A stretch of 64,000 nucleotides of DNA from the human T2T-CHM13v2.0 reference genome, Homo sapiens, in assembly GCF_009914755.1 (NCBI RefSeq), contig NC_060928.1. One strand, written 5' to 3'. Positions 13,931-27,939 of this stretch are shown here, in pieces; within the stretch, counting starts at the first letter, position 1; every line of letters starts with the position of its first letter. The translations under genes and the position numbers were made by a program. The notes beneath the pieces were generated by a model. That model did not search any database, had not been told where the DNA came from, and worked only from the letters and a program-made list of their open reading frames with translations.

Positions 13931-14902
13931 AAGTCAGATACTAGGTCAATTTTCTCAAAAACTTAATAGAAAAGGAAAGAAAAAAAAAGAGTATACCATG
14001 GGCTTATGTCTTTTAAAACCACAATCTCCCCTACAAGCAAATCAGTGTGTTTGATTATGGCAAATCAGATTAGCTATTTCTCTTGTCTTGGGTATTGGAT
14101 GAGACAGCCAGGAAATGGGTGGCCAGAAAGACAAGTAAGGGAAGCTTTCTGGAAATTAATCTTTTCTTTCCTTATTCCGTATATTGAAAACACTCTCAAT
14201 TATTTTTTTACATTATTTTTTCAACCTATCTTGTATACAAACACAGATAGCTACATGGATAGCTATAACCAAGAACCTTTCCAAGCCCTCACCAAGCTAC
14301 TGGGATACTTGGAATTAACTTGGACTTGACAGATGTCAATAAACCCAGTGCCTTTTCTAAAATGCTGGAGGCTAGTGTTTTTAGTATTGACAATAGAATC
14401 AGTTTTTAGAAACATAATACGTTATATATTACCCTATAGTAGCCTGTTTATCCATGATAATGAAGAACCCGAAGAACATAGAAATTTTCAACAACGTTTA
14501 TTTCTCACTTACATGAAAACGGTAGCTCAGCTATGAGTCAGCGGGGACGGTGGGGGTCGGGGGGGTAACCCTGCAGCTCTTTTCATTGCAGGAGAAAACA
14601 GCCCCTGTCTAGTCCCTAAGCAAGATAACCGTTCTGTTGCCAAAAATGGAATACAAGAGAAAAAAAAAAAGACCCATCTGATCTTGTATTTGGATTTAAG
14701 ACTTATTTTCAGAGATGGAATGTATTTTACCTGCTCACATCTCATTAGACAGACAAATCACATGACCAGGCCCTGCCTCAATGGGTCAGGGAAGTATACT
14801 GCTTCGAGAGAGTAGAATATTTGTAAGTGATTTTACAAGATACTACATTAGTATATAATGAAATCTTTCCTTTAGGGAAGGGCAGCGCTTTGTAAACAAA
14901 CA

Positions 14903-15548
<646 letters not shown>

Positions 15549-15784
15549 GACTTTAATATCACTGGAGTACAATATTAATGTTCGACTTAAGAAGCATAAA
15601 GAAAGAAGACTGATAGCCTTAGGACAAATAAGCCCAGGTCTTGCTTCCAAAAGTGTTTGTGTCAAATATTTGAATTGAAAGTGATGATTAAATTTTTGGT
15701 ATACTATGAATTTTAGATTTCAGAATTTCAACTGAGGAATTGTGAAACATTTTAACATGCTTATGACACACAAACTTATACAGG

Positions 15785-16430
15785 CATATGTCTATATTTT
15801 AATATTCAGACTTTGTATAGCCTTATATTCAAGGTGTCTTTTTTTGGAAGCGACTTATGTTTCCTGTTTAATGCTCAGTCTGCTTGTCATTGTCTTGTAA
15901 TTGAAAATTTTACTCCATGATAGGTAATATAATTAATGATAACCTTTAGTTCAATCTACTGTCTTACTATCTCCTCCCTGTATGACCCACTTGTTATAGT
16001 GTCTTTCTCTTTGTTCTTGTTTTCCAACAGATGTGCCTTATTAGGGATTGGAGTATTATCCTGCTTGTTATTTGTAGCACATTTTGACTTCATGCATTAA
16101 GTCTTTCACCAGTGTTGAAAATTCTCAGCCATTATTAACTCTTGAAATATGGCTTCTTCTCCATTTTTTCTTTTCTCTTCTGGAATCACAGACCCTATTA
16201 TCATGCCAGATATGTTTTGTATGTATGCGCCTGCAACCCTTTTTTTTTTTTTTAATTCTTCCTTCTATGTTTCTGTATTTCTATCTGGGCAACTTATTCT
16301 GACATGTCTTCCATATCACTAATTCTTTTTTACCAGTAACGTATATCAAAATCCTATATCTTGATGGAATTCTTTCTCCAAGTAAATTGAGTTACTCAAT
16401 TTTTGCCTAATATTTATTTTTGATTAGTTA
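15785..16430 (-). mobile_element. Old L1M fragments (ORF1 region)
   Basis: T-rich reverse L1-like text, e.g. GAAAATTCTCAGCCATTATT..CTTCTTCTCCATTTTTTCTTTTCTCTTCTGGAA. Confidence 0.55.
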
Positions 16431-17069
16431 TAACATCTATGACTGCTGCATTGGATCCAATAATTCATTTTCACCCCAATTCATTGATTCCTACCTTCCC
16501 CTGGGGCCTAGTTCTTTCATTAAAGGAGATTTCTGCCTCTAGTTCTACCACCTACTCACTACTTGCATACGAATTTGGGATATCAGCTATCATGTCATCC
16601 TCAAGTGGTGGCAGAGGGCCGCTAACTCCACCACTACCTCCTCAACAAAAATCCCACATTCTGGTGAATGAACACTTGTGGACACTTGTGCCAGGCCTCT
16701 GATGGAGTGAGACCACCAATGCAGGCCCTGTGCAGCACAGCAATATCCAGAAGTTGAGTTCTGAGGGCAGCATATTGCCTAAGTCAAAATGTAACTTCAG
16801 CGATTTATTTCATAAAGCTTTGGGGCAGAATAAACTAATGCATATAAAAGCAGGAGAAAAGTGTCTAGATGACAGGAAATTCTCAATAAATGCTACTTGT
16901 TAGAACTACTCCTTAACAATGCTACTTACTGGACAAGATATTTTGCAAGATCACATATGAGTTCAATGCTCAAAACTGAAAGTAAACTTAAGAAATATTG
17001 AGTGCTGTGCTATTGTGCTATGTGAGTATTATATATATCAAAAACCATGTATAATAAATGAGAATATTT

Positions 17070-17262
17070 TGGAACCAGGTAGACTTGAGTTAGCACTAAT
17101 TAACTACATGAACTTGCATGAATTAACTTTTGTAATTGCTTTCTTTTTGAAACATGGTATACTACTGCCATCTTAGTAAATACAATCTTAATGAGATTAC
17201 ATTAAGTATTACATATAAACATATAATACAGGGCTGGTTTATACTAGGTACTCAATAAATGG
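17070..17262 (+). mobile_element. MIR (decayed)
   Basis: GGAACCAGGTAGACTTGAGTT start and TAGGTACTCAATAAATG end. Confidence 0.55.
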
Positions 17263-18470
17263 ATTTCCTTGTCTAGGGTGATACTAGTTCTTCAACTTTC
17301 TTCTTGCAAACAGTAAATTGCCAAAATATTTAAGAATTCCAACATCCCTGTTAATATAAATATATGTGAAAGATGATAGATGGAGAGATAAACAGAGTGA
17401 TTCTAAATCTGATGGAGTAGGGATCTTTAAAGACCACAACCATTGACGTCAAATTCATGTTTGGTCTTTTGCCTGCCATAGCTACTCCATCTTCTCTCAA
17501 ATGTGTCCTTGATGATCACTGACCTAAAAAGCACACTCATTTTAGTGTTTTGTTTGCTTAAGAGCTGATTTAAATATTACTTGGTTTTATTATTAAAATC
17601 TAAAAACCTTTAGTAGAGATATTTTAATTGGCAGATTTTTCAGCATTATTTTCAAAGCTCATTGTGTTGTATATCAGTCTCTAAAATAAATCTGTTTTAA
17701 CATATGGGCTCCTCAAGTCTCTTATTCGGAGCAGCTGAAAACACTCATGTTAAGGGACACCTGTGTCTGTTCTTATGCAGGTAGTTAGAGAAATAGATAA
17801 TAGTGAAACATATGTTAAATCATATGACATATGGTAGTAACACTGAATTAGCCTGCCTAAAACTGTGATCTCTGATCTTCTATGACTTTTTTTTGTGAAG
17901 CCTTACAGCTAGTTTACGTAGAGGTTCCTCTTTTTTGTATTCACTTTTCTCATATTTTCTATAATGATATAAAAAAAATGTGTTTTTTGGGGTAGAAATT
18001 TTACTGCATTGTGGCACTTTTAAGTTTTTTAAGGTTATGATACTTAAAATTATTATAAAAACTATGTGTATATATATATATACATATATACTTAAGAAAA
18101 ATAAGGAAACTTCTTTTTAATCACATTCAATATTCATAGACATAATTCTTCACTTTAATTATATATCTAAACAAAATACCAAATATAGCTGTCACCACTG
18201 GCTTTGATCAAAATAACTAGTTAGATGACAGGACAGCTACTGGAATTATCATTAGGGAAAATAAATATTCAATTTACCTTTAATTTTGTTTTGAGTTTGC
18301 CTTCAAATCAGCACGTTTTCTAATTTCTCCAATGTAAATTGCATTATAAAACCTGGTTTTACTTTATTATTTTTATGGAATTAATATTACCCTATCTTTA
18401 TTATCATATATATTTAAAAGGTATATCAGATTAATCAGAAATGTTGAAAAGGTCAGATGATTTAAGAGGG

Positions 18471-18502
18471 GTGTGTGCGTGTGTGTATGTGTGTGTGTGT
18501 GT
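18471..18502. repeat. Imperfect (TG)n
   Basis: Directly visible. Confidence 0.9.
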
Positions 18503-18800
18503 AGTATAGATATGTAGATGAAGTATAAAGACTAAAATTCAAAGCAAGAGACTTAATGAGGAAAATTATTTAATAACTCAATTGTGCCAGAGCACAGCAG
18601 TTATTTTATAAATTATTCATCATTATTAAAGTAGTTGATAATTAAAAATGTGGTCAAGACATATCTCCCTACCCAGACTGGGGAAAATCACCATAAAAAT
18701 CAGTGAAAAGATATATGCTTTATTGAAAAATCCCTTACATTGGAAAGATAAATACAAAATAAATGTAGCTAGCAATTGTGTTCTGGTTACTTCCCTACTT

Positions 18801-18832
18801 CACACACACACACACACACACACATACACACA
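18801..18832. repeat. (CA)n microsatellite
   Basis: Directly visible. Confidence 0.95.
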
Positions 18833-19479
18833 TAAGTATCATATATAAATATCAGAAGTACAAAAACATATATTTAAAAACCAAGATTCATTTAAAAATT
18901 TATTTTATGATGGAACATTATACATTAATACTGGTATTTTTAGAAAATAATGCTATTAACACTAAAAAATTCTGTGAATGGAGGAGGTAGAGGCAGGATG
19001 AGTATTTCGTAGCATTTTTGATGTGATAATGCACGTTTTATAATGTTCTGACGTGTTTATCAACTATTTGAGCCATCGTAAGGGAGAAGGTTGTTCTATT
19101 AACTCCCAGAAGTGATCAGAGTCTGTTTTGGTTAATATTCCAGGGTCAGTTTCCCACATTCAGTTGAAGGACTACACTGCACTATGTCTGTTTACCCCCC
19201 ATGCTAGCTAGATGATTTTATTTGGATGAGAAGCTGAAATACCTAGTATATATACTTGCTACAAAAAAATCTGGGCCTATGTTTTTTACAAAAATATAAT
19301 TATTATTTAGACATATTGGAAGTTGCATATTTATATAGCAGAGTAGAATTTGAATCAGTCAAGGTAAGATTTTAAAGTGAGTGGATTTTTATATTATGGA
19401 TTGTTGCACTGCAAAACATTGCATGACTGATCCATTGACATATTCTGATGTAATAGGTGAAAATAACATGTTCATCAAA

Positions 19480-19501
19480 TTACCATGGTAACACTTCAAA
19501 G
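19480..19501. promoter_or_regulatory. RFX X-box-like palindrome next to a TCF/LEF-like site
   Basis: TTACCATGGTAA perfect 12-bp palindrome (X-box consensus GTTRCCATGGYAAC) followed by TTCAAAG, in non-repetitive sequence. Confidence 0.35.
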
Positions 19502-20932
19502 ACAGAGAGAGCTGCTCCTTCTTATCAATAGGAATATACTCAGAATGAAGTGAGTTTACAAAGCTCAGCTTCTGGAAACTATCTTCCTTCTTTGCCATGG
19601 GGCAAAAGGACATTTTCTACCCACATGCTTCTGAAGTCATGGAATTCTGTCAGTTATTCACTATGTGTAGAAAAGATAACACCTATATGTTTCAGAATTG
19701 TAGAAAATAAATAGTTTCCTTAAAGCAAACATTGTAAATATTATGGACTAAGATTTTTTTCATATGGACCTAGAAAATATACCTGTGAAGATATCTTAGA
19801 ATTCTGAAAGATACAAGAACCAAACTGTTCCTTTTTAAGGAAAAATATTCAAGGTCTTAATTGAGCTTCTTTATTTGATAGTCAAGAAAAACAAAATAAA
19901 ATGACCTAAAATTGACTAACATTATGAGATTATAATACTCTAAATTTTAACTGAGAGTGAAAAGAAAACAAACAAACAATAGAATAAGCTATGTGGAAGG
20001 AAATGTTCCCTCATCATAAATTAAATTTTTTCCAGGACTTAAGGTATCTCTCATCTACAAATAATTCACTTATGGGTACAGCACTCATTGATCAGCCATC
20101 ACAGAGCTATCTTCCAGCCTGAAGATACACTAACATAAGATTTTAAAATGTTAGCAGGTATTCTGACTTTAGTGAAGTGTATTTTCTTAAGAAAGAGAAA
20201 AAAGGAAGGTTTTATTTGGTAGGTATTATAAATCATTATATAAACTTAGAATTGTGCAGGCTTCTTCTTGTACATTAGCAAAGTTAAAGCATCATTATGC
20301 TTTCTTTATATGTGCCTACTGTATTCTTCCTGTTTTTAAGCGAAGGTATTAGTTAATTTTTAATTTATTGAACCATTTTCTTATATGAGCCAGTATGATC
20401 CTCAGTGGGGGGCTAAATCAAAGAGCTTATTGCTTAGGAGATTATCATGAACAGTCAAGACAGTTTTAGCCTCAAGTACATTTTTGCAGGTCATTGCTTC
20501 CTATCTAAGGCAATCTCTCTGAAGTTCAATTCTGGACAGCAAAAATATAGAGAGATGAAAGTATCTCTCATCCATTTATAATCAGGCCTTAATTGATCTC
20601 AGCAGATTTCCTAATTGCAGAAGTTACCTCAGGTAGGTCACGTATTTCCTCATCTGTGGAATCTTGCTGCCATAATCAGCACTTTAGGTGTTACATGGAG
20701 GCTTCAGAAATCCCCTTTTCTAGATATAATAAAGGGAAGAATTATTATAGCTTGTCCCTAAAATAATGTCTTTGGCTTCAGGTGCAAAGCCACAAAGGAA
20801 AATACTATGAATTTTAAGAAATGAATGAAATAATTTTGTGAACAGAATGAAAACAATATTTTAACAATTAAATAGTATTTACATTTCTGTACACATTTAA
20901 AACTTGTTTATGATTTTTTTGGAGTGAGTGCT

Positions 20933-21028
20933 TTATATTATTCATATATTTATGTATGAATATATATATTTATATTATATTATATATTTATATATGAATA
21001 TATATAGTATATTTATATTATATTATTC
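20933..21028. repeat. AT-rich low-complexity (TA)n-like tract
   Basis: Directly visible. Confidence 0.85.
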
Positions 21029-21174
21029 AGTAGAATAGATTTACCATGAATCTAAATATGTTTTAGGTGCTTTAACTAGACCAGTAAGAGATCGGATGAA
21101 ATCAATGCAAAAAATATTATTGTGATGAAAGTTTCTCTTTGTATGTTATTTATATTTTTCTCTATCAAATAGTT

Positions 21175-21838
21175 ATTTTTTCTCTGACTGTTATTGTAGG
21201 TTCAAGGGATGCATGTGCAGATTTGTTACAAGGGTAAATTGCATGTTGCAGCAGTTTGGTGTACAGATTTTTTTGTCACCCAGGTAGTAAGCATAATATC
21301 AGAAAGGTAGTTTTTCAATCCTTACCCTCCTCCCATCATCCACCCTCAGGTAGGATGTGATGTCTATTGTTCTCTTCTTTGTCCTTGTGTACTAAATGTT
21401 TAGTTCCCATGTATAAGTGAGGACATGAGGTGTTTGGTTTTCTGTTCCGACATTAATTGGCTTAGGATAATAACCTCCAGCTAGATGCATGTTGCTGCAA
21501 AGGATATGATTTTGTTCATTATTATGGCTGCATAGTATTCCATGGTGTATACGTGCCATATTTTCTTTATCTAGTCCACCATTGATGAGCATCTAGGTTG
21601 ATTCCATGTCTTTGCTACCGTGAACAATGCTGTGATGAACATACCTGTGCGTGTGTCTTCAGGGTAGAACAATTTATATTCTATCGGGTAGATAGCTAGT
21701 AATGGAATTGCTGGGGCAAGTGGTAGTTCTATTTCAAGATACTTGAGACATCTCCAGATTGCCTTCCACAGTGACTGAACTAATTTACATTCCCAGAAGC
21801 AGTGTATAAGGGTTCCCCTTTTTCCTCAACCTCACCGT
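21175..21838 (-). mobile_element. L1PA15/16-like 3' end, 5'-truncated
   Basis: CATGTGCAGATTTGTTACAAGGGTAAATTGCATGTTGC and GTCACCCAGGTAGTAAGCATA, typical of older L1PA 3'UTRs. Confidence 0.85.
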
Positions 21839-24775
21839 CAAGGAGTTAGCTTATGATAGTTACATTACATCAAAAATAAAATGAAATCTGATTCATTCAT
21901 CCTAGTTAGACTATTTAATAATTATTATGATTGCTATTGAACTGTAGCTAATTTTTTTCAGCATTTATCAAATACCTGAAAAGAATCTCACCCTTCCACA
22001 TTTTTTTCTAATGTAGTTGTATACTTTTAATTGTTTCTAAGTTAAAGAACTATTATGTATTTGAAGGTTTTGACATTTTATCTATTTGCTTGCAAATTAT
22101 ATTTATATTCTAATTGCTTTAGAAGAACATATCTAGTCCAAAATAAAATTGGACTTTATTTCTCCATATTTCAGTAATTTTCATGATTGTTAAATGCAAG
22201 CATTTCAGATTAAGTTTTATAGAATCTGTAGAAGCCCTAATAACTGGGTGAAAATTTTGTTATGAAAATATATAAGCATATTCTATTTCAGGTACACCAC
22301 TGGTCATATACTGACTTATCCTGAAAATTATGTTTAATTATAGAAAATAATTAGCTACTGCAGTTATATAATGATTTCTCTGGATGTTGAGTAAGCATTA
22401 CAGTCCAGCTTATCAACATGTAGGCCTACACTTTTCATCTTGTAATTCAATATGTAAAATGTCAATAACTAATATCATTCATCCATTCAAAAAACTGAAA
22501 GTGATCATGTCCTTAATGCAAAATCTCATCTCGTTTCTCGGTCCTGGTCCAAGCCAAGAATCTCTAAATGAATTTCCTAAGTTGATGTCTAACTCAGCGG
22601 AAGCTCCTTAAGACTCAGAAATCCATAGCTAAATCACAACCCAAGCACATTTGGATTCAGGATAAATATGGTAATAAAGTACATTTGAAAAAGTTAAGTA
22701 AGTAGAAACAGGCTAGAATGGTCATTTTTTAGCAAACATCAGTGACATCTTTTGTGAAAGGAAGAATGAGCAAAGACTCTGAGTTCTGCAGGTGGAGTGA
22801 TTTATTTTGAGACCACCTAAGTAGCATTTCTTAATTCTTCTTTCTTGGAGGCCTTTTCTGTGTCCATTGTTCTCTATGGTTTGTCCAGACAGACATTAGT
22901 GAGCCTTCTTCTGCTGGAGAATATACTGCTATAGAAGATAACTTCATTTTAGTATTAGTGTGGACGCCTGAAGATTTTCATTTGTGACTGAGAAAATAAA
23001 AGTCTCTGTTTTCTAAGCTTAAGGTTTATTCAACAATAAAACTCTCTTTAAAAAGTTTTAGGAATTCTTTGTATGAATAGTTTTGCAATTGTATGGGCTA
23101 CTGACCAATGCCAGAGAGACGACAACCAGCAAGAGGGGTGGGGAAGTTCTGTCATTTAAGCAACACATCAGCGACCCGATCATTTCCCTAGCTCTCAGTT
23201 CAATGGCTTCCATTTTGGAGTCTCACTCGGGGTCAATTCAAAGCATTCACTGGAGAGGTGAAGACACATGTAATCTTTCACTCATTTTTGGAGGCATGCA
23301 AATAATCGTTCTTTAATGAACACAGCAGAAAGAGTTCTCTAATCCTAACCTTGTACCACTTTCCCCCTAAATCCTGATTCTTTCAAATCTTCCAGATTAA
23401 CACAGCACTCTTTCGCTTTGGGTTTTATGCGGAAATAGCTCCTTCATAAAGCCTGTATTTTCTTTCATTGAACGTTCAAATGGAATAGTTTTCAAAACAT
23501 TCTTTCTTACAAGACATTACTGTAGACTGCAAAAAATAACAAAGTTACTTGCATATGTTGAGATATTTCTACCAAGTCTCCTAATGAGCCAGCTATTTAA
23601 ATATATAATCTAATTTCAAGACGTAAAAGTTAAGCTGCTAGTTTGCTACCACACAAGAAGTATTGTAACCTTCCCAGTTAAGGATGGAGAGATTCACTCT
23701 GCCCCATACTCAAACTTTACCTCAGTCAACTCCACATTTCGGGTTCTTGTATTAGGAACAAAATTTTAAGGAACACGTCCTTATTAGTAATATTTTAATG
23801 TGAATTAATAAAATTGTGAATCAAACAGATTTAAACAAAAAGGGAACGAACACGTTTACTTAGAATGAGAAGGCCAAGGCAGGGGATAACTGTAGGCAAA
23901 ATGGAACAAAATCTAAACACATTGTTCTCTTTTTGTCTCATAGCTATGATTTTTTTTTGGATTTGGCTTCATGCTCCAATAGTTCCCCTTAAATCCCAAG
24001 ACTGGCTTTCAGATTAATGCATTCATTATTATATTTAGAAAAATAGAACATCTTAATTAGGCAAATCCTGTACCCACATCCCTAGAGACAGAAGGAAAAT
24101 AAATAAACATCACCCAAATCATTATCGATGGCAAATAGGGGAAGTGTGTTGGGTTTGGATGATTAATGCACAGCACCCATTTTTTCCCTCTTTTAAATGT
24201 ATTTCCTCCTGCAGAGGTTGTAAACCTAAATTCCATATTTTACAAACTCTCTTATTAAGTTTTTGGAAGCAAATAATATGTTGCCAATTATATATATTTG
24301 AAGGAAGCTTGAAAGAAGGAAGTCACACAGAGGTGATCTCCCTGCTGCTTTAAAAAACATTTTTCTCCTTCTGAGAGTCCAAAGCAGGGGCACATAAATT
24401 GCAAGAGCATTGAACACAGTGTTTCATTGTCTACTCATTAGCTGTCAAAAAGCAGGCAGTATGCTCGGTGCTGTGCAGGCTTCCTGATAGGTGTGATATT
24501 ACTACAGCTAGTCCAAATGCTTGTCACCTGACTTCAGTATGTCCAAACTCTTCCACAAATTTGTATTTCTATTTAAATACATTTTATTTTCCCAAATAAT
24601 TTGAGATTTATGAAAAGATTGCAAGGAGAGTTTCCATATGCCTCCCCACATACACCCAATTATTTCTATCATTAACATCTTTAATTTGTATGGTACAAGT
24701 GTTACAATATATTGATCAATATCAGTGCCTTATTATTAACTAAAGTCCATTCTTCTTTTAGATTATCTTAGTTCT

Positions 24776-24837
24776 GACAGGACGCAGTGGCTCACGCCTG
24801 AAATCCCAGCTCTTTAGGAGGCCGAGGCAGGTGGATC
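24776..24837 (+). mobile_element. Alu 5' fragment (first ~60 nt, no tail)
   Basis: GCAGTGGCTCACGCCTGAAATCCCAGCTCTTTAGGAGGCCGAGGCAGGTGGATC. Confidence 0.85.
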
Positions 24838-24990
24838 TTTTTTATTTTCAGATTGTTTGCTGTTGACATATAGAAATGCTTCTGATTTTTGTAAGTTGAT
24901 TGTGTATCCTGCAACTTTACAAGAATAATTTGACTTTTTCCTTTCCAATTTGGATGCCCTTTATATCTTTCTCTTGTCTGATCTTCTTCC

Positions 24991-25335
24991 AAATAAAGCT
25001 GTTCTGAGCTGCCTAGAGATGGGAATGGGTTGAAACAAGCACCCCTGTGGCCACCAACACTGGGACTGTGCTGGGTCAAACCTGAAGCCAACATAGCACT
25101 GGGTCTCACCCAAGGCCTGCTGTAACCACTGCCTGACCACCACCTGTGTTTGCTCAAAGTCCTGGAGCTCTATGATCAGCAGGTAATACAGCCAGCTAGG
25201 CTTCTGCTCTTTCTTTCAGTTTGATGAGCTCCCCCAGGCCCTGGCTGGATCCAAAGGTGCAGTCCAGGAGACAAGGACTTGATTAAAAAACCTTAGAAAT
25301 CTTTCTGATGATCTATTGTGGTCTATGGCTGAGCG
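24991..25335 (-). mobile_element. L1 5'-UTR fragment (L1M/L1PB-like)
   Basis: CACCCCTGTGGCCACCAACACTGGGACTGTGCTGGGTCAAACCTGAAGCCA matches remembered L1M 5' ends. Confidence 0.7.
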
Positions 25336-27939
25336 GGGTCCTCTGCCTGGTTAGGTGCTTTGAGAAGGAAGATCAAAGACTTAAAGTCCCATTTTCATTG
25401 CATCGTATCAAGAGTACATATAATCAACAGACTTATCACTGCCAACGTCGGCCTTGGTCATTTGGCTGAGATAGTGCTTGTTAGGTTTCTCCGTGGACCA
25501 TACTCCATTCCTTCCAAACTGTATGTACCCTTTGGAAGAAAGTCCCTATGCATATCTAATACATAAGGAGTGAAGAGTCATGTTCCGCCTCATTAAGGGT
25601 GTTTTATATCTACATAAATTTTTTGAAATGCTTTTACATGGGAGATTTTTCTCTTTTCTCTTTTTAAATTATTTATTAATTTCTTTATATCAATATGAGT
25701 TTATATATTTTGTGCCATACTTTGGGTTATAATCCCAAAACTACTCATTAATTTTGTTGCTCAAATTGTCCAACTTCGGCCTTTCAAAGCTCTTTCTTTT
25801 GGCCCTTGTGCCCTTGCACGTACCCCACTAATGCGTATTTTTGGTTGTATTTTGCAATTTTTACTTCTGGTCACTTCCTTATTTTCTGATCTTACACATG
25901 CTCCAGGCTTATTTGCACATTTTCTGCCAAATTCTATAACCAGTTATTTCTCTGTGGAGTCCTTTAGGATCCTCTTATCAGAGAATGGGTTTAGAAACCA
26001 TATCTGAGCAGTAGGTGTGCTTACTGCTGCTGGGGTGTTGATGCTTCTAGATCATATTTGCTAAAAGATAAAAGATTTATATGTGTGTATGTGAACTCTT
26101 GCATATATCGTTATTTATAAACATTTCCATCTGTAACCATCTGTATCTATATTAAGCTAAACATGAGTTCAAACTGACGTCTCCAACTCTATTACTACAT
26201 GGATGGTTCTAGTAAACTCCAAAGTGGTAAAAGACACATGTTTGTGTTGAACTACTGAATATGATTTGGACTAGTGCTCTAACCCTCATGTTCTGATCCA
26301 CAGAGGCTTGGACAATTTGATGAGCATCCTCAAAAGCAATAATACTTGTAAAATAGAAATAAAGAAAATACAGTTTTTTAAAAACCACTCTAGGTCTGAA
26401 GAAGAGAAACTTACTGTCAGTCTATTTTACAGAGAGCTAGAGAGTTACTTCTGTACCCAGTTAAACTAGAAAATGTACTACCCAGGACACATCAATAGAG
26501 TATACACGCAAATTATGGAGGTCCATAGATGCTACACATGTAAAATTACTACACATATTCCTCCTGGATTTCAGTAACTGGATCTGAAGCAATGTAGAAG
26601 GGTAACTAGGTGCTGAGGAATAATAAGATGAGATTTCAGAGATTACTGGACATCATCTTAGAGCTAATATTAATCAGAGGGACCCAAAACATGACTGTGT
26701 TTCAATGGTGAGAATATGACATTACGGGTTAAGCAATAAGTTTTGTTCTGAACTAATTCTGTATCCTGGAGCTTGTAAAAAGAATACACCCTGTGGATAT
26801 TTCCCCAGTTTTTGGATATATATTAACATGAGACATATGTGGCAACTGAAAGAATCCTATATTTGTTCTCTTAATGTTGGAGCGGGATTTTGTATTATAT
26901 CAATATCCAAGAGTAAATGTCTGTGAATGAAACTCTTACCAAAATACCATAAACAACAGTGGACTCCTGAAAGAATTGTGGAGGGAAAACCATAAAACTA
27001 TTGAAAAATTCAGGGGTGGCAATTTCTATCATATTCCTTCTTGTTTACACAACTGACTGTGCTCTAGAAAAATCATTTAGGGCCTAACAGATGATAGAGC
27101 ATCAAACAATCTTAATAAAATTATGTAAAATTGTGACTTCAAATGCAATAGGGTTTTCAGATGCTAGATCAAATTAATACAAATCCTAGATTGTTATATG
27201 CAGCAATTATTTTGGAGGGAAGAGAGAGAGAGAAAGAGAGAGAACAATAAAAATGGTTTAAACAGCTTTCACTTTGCAAGGAAAGCAAGACAGCAGGACA
27301 GTTTTGGTGCCTTATTTCTAAGCTATATCAACTCCTGAAATAATTTCTTCTGTTGGAGTCCTACCTCTTATTAGACTACTTCATAGATTCTAGCATGGTG
27401 ATAAATTTTGCAAACAGCAATAGGATGTTACAGACAGGAAACAAAATAGATTTCAGATTCTTGTTAAGACAGGTATATTCTAGAGTGTGGGAGATACATC
27501 TTACAAAATTTCAGATCATGCAAAGGTGGTGAAATTTGGGGGGTTCAAGTGGTCTGTATGATTTCTCTTTCAAATTGAACATCAAAATGATGCCCTTTTC
27601 CCATTCTATCACTAAGGGAGAAGTAAGATCTCAACATGTTCCACTCCAGAAAGTGCAAAGCCACGCTTCAGAAGCAAAAACTTGTTGGATTTTAGTGAAC
27701 ATATCCTGCATATGATTATTTTCTTCAAACCCACTACCAAGTGAAAAATACATCTGCTGGTGTTTTTGTTGGGCTCAAAAAGAGAGAATTTATCTGGCAT
27801 TTTTGTCTTGCAGCTCTGATATCTTGACCTTATTTCCTAACAGATGCACTAGAAAGAGAATTTGTGCTGCAAATGTGTTAAACTCCTTGAAGTAATCAGA
27901 ACATTGGTCCCTAGTGATTTAGAGCAAAGCCATATCCTC

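Larger units (their letters stand above)
24581..26215 (-). mobile_element. L1MC/L1MD-like 3' end inserted in the 5' LTR, itself containing a patchwork insert
   Basis: TTATTATTAACTAAAGTCCAT; TAACCATCTGTATCTATATTAAGCTAAACATGAGTTCA. Confidence 0.75.

Noticed and set aside
23125-23142. ACCAGCAAGAGGGGTGG (and CAGAGGGCCGCT at ~16610) as CTCF sites
   Set aside because: Both need an indel or several mismatches in the CCASYAGRKGGCR core
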